Assembly: GCF_009914755.1 (NCBI RefSeq)
Contig: NC_060940.1
Reading direction: 5' to 3' (one strand)
DNA length: 64,000 nt
Source: the human T2T-CHM13v2.0 reference genome, Homo sapiens
Below are positions 29,313-40,598 of the stretch, piece by piece. Positions within the stretch are counted from its first letter, which is position 1; the number at the start of each line of letters is the position of its first letter. Position numbers and translations under genes: made by a program. Under the pieces are notes generated by a model. That model made no database searches, was not told where the DNA came from, and saw nothing but the letters and a program-made list of their open reading frames with translations.

Positions 29313-29501
29313 CAGAAAGGCGGGCAGGCAACAATCCCTGCATGTTCCTTCCAAAACACAATGCTCACCTGTGAAGTCAGTAAGGAACATGAGGACCAGC
29401 TGGATCAGTAACGTCTCCCTCAAACAGAAGTCCTCTGGAGGTCTCAAGGAGGTGAACACCCAGGCCCAACCTGGGCCTCCCATGCCTGTGAGACCACTCA
29501 C

Positions 29502-29733
29502 CTGGGTCCGTGGAGGGGCACCTGCGGATGGTGAAGATCTGCCCCAGGTCCTCGTCCTCCTCTGGAAGGCCCTTCTGCAGCCGCTGCAGCTTTCGCAGGC
29601 TCTCGCTTCGCTGGTGCTTCATGGAGCGCACATGCTGGATGAGGTTGAGCTTGGCCTTGGTGGAGTAGTTGCACAGAACGCAGTGGTAGTAGCAGCTCTC
29701 ACCTTCTACACCACTCTCATGCTGCTGCAGGTG
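29502..29733 (-). CDS. ZFHX3: Internal coding exon of zinc finger homeobox 3 (ATBF1); 232 nt, phase 0 in, phase 1 out; encodes [77 protein letters not shown]
   Basis: Minus-strand acceptor tctttctcttttgttacttgcag|CAC at 29734/29733 and donor CCCAG|gtgagt at 29502/29501. C2H2 finger [25 protein letters not shown]. Peptide recognised as ZFHX3 (the ZFHX4 paralogue differs here). Length fits my recollection of exon 4 of the main isoform. Confidence 0.96.
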
Positions 29734-29870
29734 CTGCAAGTAACAAAAGAGAAAGACATGCCTTGGGTAAGCCACTCGAAGCGGCCACTGGCATCAGCCC
29801 ACACCATCCTGGTCACAGCCAGAGGCATGCCTCCAGGGGACACATCTCCACAGCCAAACAGGACAGTCTT

Positions 29871-30239
29871 TGATATGGTTTGGCTGTGTCCCCGCCCAAA
29901 ATCTCATCTTGAATTCTAATCTGAACTGTAATCCCCACGTGTTGGGGATAGGACCTTGTGGGAGGTGATTAGAATATGGGGGTGGTTCCCCCATGCTGTT
30001 CTTGTGATACTGAGTTCTCATGAGATCTGATAGTTTTATAAGGGGCTTTTCCCTACTTCACTCAGCACTTCTCCTTCCTGCTGCCATGTGAAGAAAGACA
30101 TGCCTGCTTCCCTTTCTGCCATTATTGTAAGTTTCCTGAGGCCTCCCCACCCCTGCAGAACTGTGAGTCAATTTCTTTCCTTTGTAAATTACCCAGTCCT
30201 AGGCAGTTCTTAGTAGCAGCACGGTAATGGACTAATGAG
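29871..30239 (+). mobile_element. THE1D-like MaLR solo LTR
   Basis: tgatatggtttggctgtgtcccc...ggcagttctt...ggactaat; 5-bp TSD GTCTT at 29866-29870 and 30240-30244. Confidence 0.9.
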
Positions 30240-30498
30240 GTCTTCAACTGTGAGATTCCTTAGAGGGTTTTTTTTTTTTTTTCCCCCAGAGTACCCAGCA
30301 CCCTTCTCTAGCAGTTCTTTGAAAAAACACAGCAAGCTGATACCCATTCCTATCTCCCCCAAATGGCCCCAGCCATGTGGCTTTTCAGAATGTTGATAAT
30401 CCTGATCACATGGGCCCTCCCAGTGCAACACCGGCTTTCCTGGCACAAGGTTAAAGGTTTCCCCTTTTATTCTCTAAAGTGTCCTGCTCTTGTTAGAT

Positions 30499-30726
30499 CA
30501 GGGGTTGGCAAACTATGGCCCACGGGCCAAATTCAACCCACTGCCTGTTTTTGTAAATAAAGTTTTATTGGAACACAGCCACGTCCATTGATTTACATAC
30601 TGTCTATGGATGTTTTTGAAACATCAGAGTTGAACAGTTATGACAGAGATGGTATAGTCCACAAAGTCTAGATTATTACTATAGAAATGTGCTAAATTAT
30701 GACAGGAAAAGTTAAGCCAACCCCTG
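30499..30726 (+). mobile_element. MER58A hAT-Charlie MITE
   Basis: TIRs CAGGGGTTGGC / GCCAACCCCTG; aataaagttttattggaacacagcc core. Confidence 0.9.
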
Positions 30727-32251
30727 CTTCAGGTAATAGCCTCTGGTCATCCTGCCTGTATGGCACCCTAGGTCAGGAACATGGAGCCGGAGCTGGTATC
30801 TGGCTTTTTCACAAGACAACTCCAGTGTTTGTATTTAAAACCACAGTCTACTGGGAGAACCCCAAATTAGGTTTTCACCTAGATTAAAAAATGCCAGAAA
30901 AATAAATTTCTCCAGACTAGTTCCCTGTCAATATCTCAAAGTCCCCTGGCTTATCATTGGCCAATATCATTGGTCAGTTGGTGTATCAGATGGTCAGATG
31001 GTCCAAATTACGTCCTCTGTTGTACTTAGTAGACACAGTATTGATCCCAGAGCATGGCAGCCTAAGAGCCTCCAGGAGGCAGGCACAGACAGGATTCATG
31101 TCTGGGGTATCAGAACAGAAGAGGTCATGATGCAGACAGGTGGCAGACCCCAGGCTTCTGTGGCTAGGAAGACTTAAAGACGACCCAACAACAAAACTCA
31201 CAATGTTTCTGAGTCTCCTGGGAATGTAATGATAGCTATGGACCCTTTTTGACTAACAGAGAATGAATGTGCACCTGGTGTAGAAAGGCCATCTCCTTCA
31301 TTCCAATGATTCACTTTAGGGGAAGAGGGAATTCTTCCACTGGGTACACATGAAGCAAGGGAAACACTCCCCAAAAGCTTAAATGACTGACCCAAGGTAA
31401 CCCAGTTAGTTAGGGGGAGAGAGAGATGTAGAAGCTGAGGCTTGTCTCCTCCAGCCATGTACCCAGCATCCTTTTGAAGGAGGAAATTCAGGTCATGTGA
31501 GTGCTTTATGTGCTCCTGTGATTACGTGTCCTTCCTTTTTTCTCCTCACCACCTGTCCCCAACCCCCAGCCCAGTCAGCCAAGCCTGGCCCATGGAGCCA
31601 TGGCAGGCACACAACAAACGTCTCAGAACTGCCCACGTTGCTTGTCTCCTTTCTGACCCACACTGCTTCTGTCTGATGTTTATGCCAGGATAATGGTTTC
31701 TAGTCCTGCTTGGATGTCTCATCCTTGTCCAGCTTAGAATGCAAGACACTGACAAGCTAGAATGGTTAGAATGCCCTGCACTCCACGCAATCCTGAAAAT
31801 ACCAGAGTGGCCCTGTGAGTGCTTCCTATCAAGGGACACTGCCCTGAGGCTCACGTACTGACATGCACACGTCCTGTGTTCACTGATCACGTGTGAAAAA
31901 TCCAGAAGCATGTTTGTACTTTGCTGGAAGAAGAAACATAAATGCACCAACTAAGTGTCACAGAAAACTCATGGGAGGGGGGTTGAAGCCCTCAATGACA
32001 TAAACTGGCTAAAGTATCCCACAGGAAATCTTGCCAACTTGTACGTAAGAATGGGATGAGCTTCACAGGCACCAAGAAAGAACAATCCCTTCTGCCCCCA
32101 AAATGGGTGATTCACACACTCATATGCAGCACCTTGGACAAAGCAAAATTTCTACAACCAGAAAGTATTGGAAGAACCAGTGAGTGCAATGTTACCTATT
32201 AGAAAAATTACAACTGGTGATAAAAAGCTACTTTTCTGGAGATAAATTTGA

Positions 32252-32580
<329 letters not shown>

Positions 32581-33607
32581 CTGAGCTGCTTTTAAAAAAT
32601 GATTTAACCTCACTGCCTTCTCTGTGATGAGGTTCCTTTCAGAGGATGTTGGGAGGATGGGATGCACTGAGGCAGTGCTTTCTGGAGGTTACAATCCTGG
32701 GGAGAAGGAAGGCAGAAGTGAAGGGAGAAGATGAGCTAGCCCACGTCCCTTCCCCCAACTACTCCCCGAGGCCCCTCAGAACTCAGAAGCCAGAAACAGG
32801 ACCAGGATATTCCAGGCAGCAAGAGTTTGTCCTAAAACCGAGGAGCTGGAAACCTGTAAGGGAGCCAAGAACTGCTGTCTTAGGTCACCAGGACCAAAAG
32901 AATGATATTCATTAAAGCTTCAACTAAAACTGAGTGAATAAAAGATGGCAGAGACAATAACCATGAAATTCAAAGAAATACGTTCCATCAAGAGATTTTG
33001 GAGGTAGAATAAACTATGAAATCAGACCAAGAATCACTAAAGCCTTACCTCCAATCCCCCCACTACCTCCCTATGAAACAGGATTTCCTCACAATAAGGC
33101 ACTGAATTTCAAACATCAAATTTGAATATGGATGTGTGAGAGTTCTATTCCAAATGGCTGGAGTCTTCAATCTCTGAGCCACAAGAGAGGAATAACATGG
33201 CCAGAAGAGTTGGATGGAAATGCGATGTCAAATGTCCAAATCCATGGGCTCTTGGGTCATAGGACCGTATAAACCCTGGATTGAAATAAACATCATACCG
33301 GGTACTCACACTTTAAAAAATGGATATGATAAAAGATATTCTAAAATCCACTCCACACTCTAGCTCATGTTGGTAAACTACAATCTCTTACACTGCCATG
33401 AATTATTCTGTCTGCCACTTTGAGAGCCATTTTAGCAAGAAACTGGGCATGCATTACAAATAGTGGAGAAAAGAATAAGAGGAAACAAGAAAATGAAGCC
33501 ACGGCTGCTCCCACCTAACCTGGTCCAGTGAACACCTAGGGTTCTCTCCTAGAAAATTCATGAAAGATTCATTCAAAATTCCAAGCTTGCTTTGTATTCC
33601 AAGTTTA

Positions 33608-34015
<408 letters not shown>

Positions 34016-35311
34016 CTACTATGTCTACCTGCATGTGACAAGTCCTGCTCTCCCCAGATTTTCCAAGTGTCTCGTTATTTCTTAAGTTGTCCAACTGGAA
34101 GTAAACAGAGACCCAAAGCTAGCAGCAAGGTCCTGACCTCTGTGACCTTCTCCACATCATTCGGCCATTTCCTAGGCCCTGAGCGGCTCAACCCGCGACC
34201 CTGTTGGTCAGATCCTCTCTCCCTTCCTCCCAAGTGGCACTGGCCTCATCCCCAGAATCCCACCCTTGGAACCTGCCTAATAAAAAGCAGTGGTAGGGAG
34301 TGTGCTAAGAGGCCCATGAGCACTCCACGGGGCCAGTCAGTCAGCCAAGAACATGCCTTCCCCGCAGAAGGGAGTGGATGTTTTCATTTGGAGGAGGAGG
34401 GAGAATAATTTGTTCCTGACCCAGCTAATTAGAATACCCTCAATTGGGATCACAATGTATTTAATTAAATTCACTGTAATATATGAAGAATCCACCAAGG
34501 CACAAATCCCAGTGGTGCACTCAAGAAAGGAGCTGCCTGCTTTCAGAGTTCTTGCTCTCCTCGCCAGGCAGGAAATTTTTCTCCCACGCAAATCCTGAAT
34601 TCCCCAACCCCTTCCGCCTCTATCACAGAGTCACCCGCTGGGGAGGAGGGCAACCGGGTTCTGTTTTTACTTTTTCCATTTTCTTTACTCTGTGCTCACA
34701 ATTCCTACCTACTCTCCTTTGTTGGGTCAGGAGTGTAATTTTAAAAAGAAAACAAAACAACAGCTCCAACTGTGGGCAGTGTGCTGGGATGCATGCCAAC
34801 CGGGGACCCAAAGAAAACCAGCTGGTGAGCCCATTTGGCGGGGGTTTGTTTCGGTTTGAGTCTAAGTGTCTACAACACGAGACACTGCATGCACGCGCAC
34901 ACACATGTGAGCACACACATGCACACACACTATGCCCAACCCCAGGGACTTAACCTGCAGGTGATGCAGGCAGTGTCAGCAGCAACTCTAAGAAAATAAG
35001 GAAGGGTATAATGAGGGCATTCCCCCTTTGGCTTGAATACTGTTTTGAGAATATACTTCCCGGAATACTATAAAACACAGGGGCCTCCTAGCTAACTCAA
35101 GAAAATCCAGTATCTCCCCACAAATTACTAATGAGAAAGCGAGACCAACCAGTATCTTGAGGTCATCCTAGCTAACCAAAAAAGAGTGAGAACTCAGGTC
35201 TACCCAAACTCACTTGGTTGGGCCAACCTCTCCCTATAACCTTAAATCTGACTATACTTTTCCTTGATCACTCCCACTCCAACTCACTTGCTTGTTTAGA
35301 AAGCACCTGGA

Positions 35312-35690
35312 GGCCAGGCGTGGTGGCTCACGCCTGTAATCCCAACACTGGGAGGCCAAGGAAGGAGGATCACTTGAGCTTAGGAGTTCAAGAGCAGCCT
35401 GGGCAACATGGTGAGACCCCGTCTCTATAAAAAGAAATAAAAAATTAGCCAAGTGTGGTGGCACATGCCTGTAGTCTTAACTACTTGGGAGGCTGAGGCA
35501 GGAGGATCACTTGATCCCAGGAGGTGGAGGCTGAAGGGAGGTATGATCACACCAGCGTACTCCACCCTGGCTCACAGAGTGAGACCCTGTCTCAGTAAAT
35601 AGATTAGACAGACTACATAGATAAACAGATAGGTAGATTAGACTAGATAGATAGATAGATAGACGGATAGATAGGTAAAAACAGACAGAT
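35312..35690 (+). mobile_element. AluJ-like with (AGAT/AGAC)n tail
   Basis: Alu body to about 35595, tetranucleotide tail; flanks AGAAAGCACCTG / AGATAGCACCTG. Confidence 0.9.
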
Positions 35691-37209
35691 AGCACCTGCA
35701 AAAGACTGGATCATAAGAACTGCAAAGGTACTGTAGCTTTCACAGAAAGAAACATCTATGCTTGGCAATTGAATTTACTTTCTGAAATCTTGGAGAAGTA
35801 TGATGAAGGAAGGAAGTATCTAGTTTGAGTCATAAATGGGAGCAGAAAAAGAACCCAACGATCTCCAAGTCCTCCAAATGCTGTGCAGCGGATAACAGAC
35901 TGTCCTCATCTGGATTAACTGGAAATTTGGCACACGTTCGGGGGTCAACAGCTACGGCTGGAAACGAAGCCAGGGTTCATACGAGGGCTCACTCACGTCA
36001 GTCAAAGAGACCTTTTCTTGCACCTCTTCCTAATCCTATTAGGGCTACTCATGTTTTAAAATGTTCATCCCGTCTCAGTTTCGCTGGAAGGGGGACACTC
36101 CAATGCTTCTGACACGAAAACATCTCACGGCCCCCATCTGTCTCTGTGCCTTCCCTTCTAGGTCTGGCTCACTGAGAAGAACACAGCAAAGCCCTCCCTG
36201 CAACCAGAGGCACCTCGGATAAAGGGGCTGGCGCGTAACACCAAGCACAAAAAGCAAACTAATCATTTTAAAAGAAGGGAGACAACAGAGGCTCCGCTGT
36301 GCGACTTTGTGGGATTCTACCCCATTAGTATGTTGTGCTTGTTCAGCCTCGTCAAACACTGAAAGTCAAAGAGACGAAAAGAGGGCTCTTGTTAGAAAAT
36401 AATGCATCGTGAAAATCAAAAAAACGTGTTCCTGTTACTTGTTTCCCAGGGAAAACTAACCAACTTCTGTCAGAGAACATTGATTTCTATAAATCTGGAG
36501 GGGCCCCAGCTCCCTCCTCCTCCCCAACGATAGGAAACTTCTAACATCTGGTTCCTCATGCATGGAATGCAAAATATTGATCAGGTTTTGTCAAAGCCTG
36601 CCCTTTAAAGTAGAAACAGACAAAGTACATTCTGACACACACACACAAACATGCACAATTCACAAACAAAGCTTCCTCAGGAGTACCACCTGTTACTACA
36701 GACACACCCGTGGCCGCCCTCTCGGCACACTGTGCTGTGCACACAGGCACACACGGCAACTCCATTTCCAGAGCAGCCCCTCTGAGCCAGGGGGCTATTC
36801 CAGGAGATGCGAGGTGCTTCCTGCCCAGCAGAGGAGAAACCCCATGGTGGAATGTCCCAGAAAACCCCTGAGACACCTGTCAGGCCAAAGGCAGGCAGGA
36901 GAGCCTGTCTGTAACTCTTCTCAGTCCATTGAACTGGAGGCCCCATGATGGAAGAAGCTGCCCGTTACAGCACCCCTGTCCAGGGAAAGACAGCAACCAC
37001 AGCACGCAACAGCTTCAGCTTCTCGCTTCAGGGAGAGGACTATGTAATCTCACTAACAAACCTGGTGAGAGGGATGGGGAGAAGATGGGGACCAGTAAGT
37101 CTGCTAATTCCTCAACTTGATAAGATGAAGTAGGAAGACATAGCGGGTGTTCATTCACCATCATATGCATGCAGAGCATTTACTGTGGGTGCGGCATCTA
37201 CACACATAC

Positions 37210-37510
37210 TTTTTTTCTTTTTTGTCTGAGAAAGGGTCTCACTCTATCATCCAGGATGGAGTGCAGTGGTGCGATCATGGCTTACTACAGCCTCAACCTC
37301 CCCAGGCTGAGGTGATCCTCCCACCTCAGCTTCCTGAGTAGCTGGGACTATAGGTGCGTGCCATCATGCCTGGCTAATTTTTAAATTTTTTGTAGAGACA
37401 GAGTCTGACCAATTTGCCCAGGCTGGTCTCAAACTCCTGGGCTCAAAGAATCCTCCCACTTCAGCCTCCCAAAGTGCTAGGATTATAGATGTAAGTCACC
37501 GCACCCAGCC
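37210..37510 (-). mobile_element. AluJ-like inserted in a MIR
   Basis: Alu dimer; MIR-like text on both sides (gagcatttactgtg...; acaaccccatgagg...aaggtcacacag). Confidence 0.88.
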
Positions 37511-38943
37511 TACACACACTTTTAAATTTTCACATTACAACCCCATGAGGTGGGTCACATTTGGTTTTCATCCTTGGAGGAGCCCAAAGCTCAAAGAAGC
37601 CACATGACTCCTGCAAGGTCACACAGAGCATGGAGGAAACAGGACCAGAGCCTGAGACTTGAGTCCAAGTACCAAGTCCACAGCCGCCAAGCTACGCTGC
37701 ACAGACTGCAGGGGGTTCTGGAACATGAGACTCTGCAGACCCAGGTGTTCACCTTGAATGCCTAAAATTAAAAAGAAAATCCTTCCAGGGGTAACGCAAC
37801 CAGGAGTGGGGGAGGTTAATTTTTTAATCAGTCAGATCGCGTTATAGTTCCAAATGTAATGTCACATTTTTAGGAAGACTCCTGGAAGGTCAACCTAAAT
37901 ATATATGTATATTCTGTTCAATGCTGGCTTTTTATCTGCTCAAGCTCTCGTCCTTGACGCATGCTAATTTAGTTCTATTTCATTGTAGGATCCCTGCAGA
38001 CACCATAAGATAGAAGCCCCAACCATGATTTATAAGAAAAAAGTAAAAGGAAGTAAAAATGTTCCCTTAGATCAATCCATTTGGGTTGCTCTGACCTAGT
38101 TTCTGGTTTCTAGGCCAGGCTCCTTAGGCCGTGGAACAAGCCATGATTGCTCACTCTCCGTATCCAAGGCCAGAGCGGAGACTTCCCGTTCCTCTATCTT
38201 TTCCCTTGCACGAATCACATTTCCTGATTCAAAATTCTCAACATTAGTGGCCTTGAGAAAAACAGTTAAGTTCTAGAAGGAAAATAACTAAGTCTATAGC
38301 TGTCTATAGGTTGTACCTGCCTTGGCTTTGACTCTTTCCTGGAAAAACACAAACATGGATCCTTGTGGAATGTCGACGCCTCCATGTAAACAGATTTCAC
38401 TTCCCTCTGCTAGGAGAACTCCACAAAGGAGTGTGGAGCCACTGTTTATACATGGGGAGGAAATTTATCAGGCATGCATTTTTACCATTATGGGAGCAAA
38501 TTATTAACCCTGTCTCAAAAAAAAAAAAAAAAAGTGTGTGTAGGTGCTTCGCCCATAGTAAATGCTATGCATGCATATGATGGTGAATGAACACCCCCTA
38601 CATCTTCCTTATTTCATGGTAGGACCCTGAGGAAGGGGCCTACCAGATCATAATGTCACAAGCAAAATGAGGACTGGTTTCCACAATGGCTGAGTGAGTG
38701 TGCACAGAGCTCAGAAGCTGAGGGGGGTATGTAGGTGGATAAAACAACAAAGTGGGTCCCACCAAGCTAACCTCAAACTACTCTCCAGAAACAACCTAGA
38801 GCTTCCAGAATCTGACAATCACCTCTTCACTAGGATATCATATCAGGAACAGCAACTTTCTTCATTTGTAAGATGTACTTCTTCCCTAGCACTATTTTCC
38901 AGCTTTCCCAAATTTAGGTCCCCATACAAAAATAAAAGCCTCC

Positions 38944-39316
38944 TGATATAGTTTGGCTGTGTCCCCACGCAAATCTCATCTTGAAGTGTAGTCCCCATAA
39001 TCCCCATGTATCATGGTAGGGATCTGGTGGGAGGTAACTGAATCATGGGTGCAGTTACCCCTGCTGCTGTTCTTGTGACAGCGAGTTCTCATGAGATCTG
39101 ATGGTTTTATAAAGGGCTTCCCCACTCCTTCACTCTGCACTTCTCTTCCTGCTGCCATGTGAAAAAGGACATGTTTGCTCCCCTTTCCATCATGATTGTA
39201 AGTTTTCTGAGGCCTCCCCAGCCATGCTGAATGGTGAGTCAATTAAACCTCTTTCCTTTAAAAATCACCCAGTCTCGGGTATGTCTTTATTAATAGCGTG
39301 AGAACGAACTAATACA
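38944..39316 (+). mobile_element. THE1C-like MaLR solo LTR
   Basis: TG...CA ends, attaaa signal, TSD CCTCC/CCGCC. Confidence 0.92.
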
Positions 39317-39384
39317 CCGCCATATACACATTACTCTAGCTTGTGCTCATCCAACTCCACGTCAAACTGTTGCCAATAATGATG

Positions 39385-39620
39385 GTTTGTGGGGCACTCT
39401 AGATTAAGCAGCCCAGTTGAAAACCCTCACTCTGAATCTCACTAGCTGTGCCACGTAGGGCAAGTCACATACACTGTTGGGTCTCGGTTTCCTTGTGTGC
39501 AAAACAGGGACAATAACAGAGCCTCATTTCACTGCTGGGAGGATTCAATGGGATAATTCATATAAAATGTGTCTGATACACGGTTAGCCTTCATAATAAA
39601 TGAGGCTATTACTAATGTTA
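39385..39620. mobile_element. MIR
   Basis: actagctgtg...gggcaagtcac...tctcggtttccttgtgtgcaaaacagggacaataa. Confidence 0.75.
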
Positions 39621-40414
39621 TTTTTCATCAGTTAATCTTCAGGATTAGGGATGGAAACGAACATCTACTGAACATACCTATTTGTTATTTCTCTCCTTAC
39701 AACCAACCCTCACTCCTCCCCAGGCTCCAAAAGGCAATCCTTGGTTGACAATAAAGAAACTGATATATAGGAATTATGACATGGACAGAGGATACTGAAC
39801 ACACACAGGGCTGCCTTCACCCTTACAAGAAGTGCAAAACTTGCCAAAGTCAGGCTGTTGGTGTAGGCAGAGCCCAGATCCAAAGCTTAAGCCCATGCCC
39901 TTGCCAAAAAAAAAAAAAAAAAAACAAGAAGTGTTTACTGGGTCTGTTTGCCCATCAGGGCACCAATGTAATAAAATGCAAGGACCACGTTCTTTCTCAT
40001 GTCTGCCAATATCCTGGGTGAGGAGCAGGGAAGGGAGGAGAGTTCGGCTGAAATGCCTGGAAGACACTTCCCCGATTCTCCAAATCCACTCAAGAATTTG
40101 CTTATTTGTATCTCCAATCCCATGACAGTCAATCCAGCAGAAAAAAACACGTGTCTACTGGTCAAAACGGGTGTGCTACTTCATCTATAACCTGGAGATA
40201 TTTTACTTGCCCTGTCTTACACAAAGCAATTTTAAAAACCGCATGAGAAAACTTCCACATATGTGAAAATCCTTCGGAACATGTGAAGAACTACCCAAAT
40301 ATTTGAGACAGTGATGGTCTTTCTACTGTAAGTCCAGATGTTGCTTCGTCGCTTCTGATGGGCACGTACAGCCAGGTGGGCTTGGTGATGGATGATGCCA
40401 CTGGTGTTCCAGCT

Positions 40415-40598
40415 CAGTGGTTCTCTAACTTGAGCGTGCATCGGAAGCACCTGGGAGGCATGCTACGCCCTAGATCGCTGGGGCCATCCCAAGGGTTTCT
40501 GATTCAGAGGGTCTGGAGTGAGCCCCAAGAATCTGCATTTCTAACAGTCTCCCAGGTCATCATGACGCCGATCTGGGACCACACTTTGAGAACCGATG
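40415..40598. mobile_element. MER5A hAT-Charlie MITE
   Basis: cagtggttctc...aatctgcatttctaaca...accacactttgagaacc. Confidence 0.85.

Noticed and set aside
29377-29775. Whole 132-aa ORF as a standalone gene
   Set aside because: Only 29733-29502 is bounded by splice sites and ZFHX3-like; the flanks are intronic read-through
29227-29919. 230-aa plus-strand ORF
   Set aside because: Antisense shadow of the ZFHX3 exon, starting in a poly-A tract at a non-ATG codon and ending in the THE1 LTR
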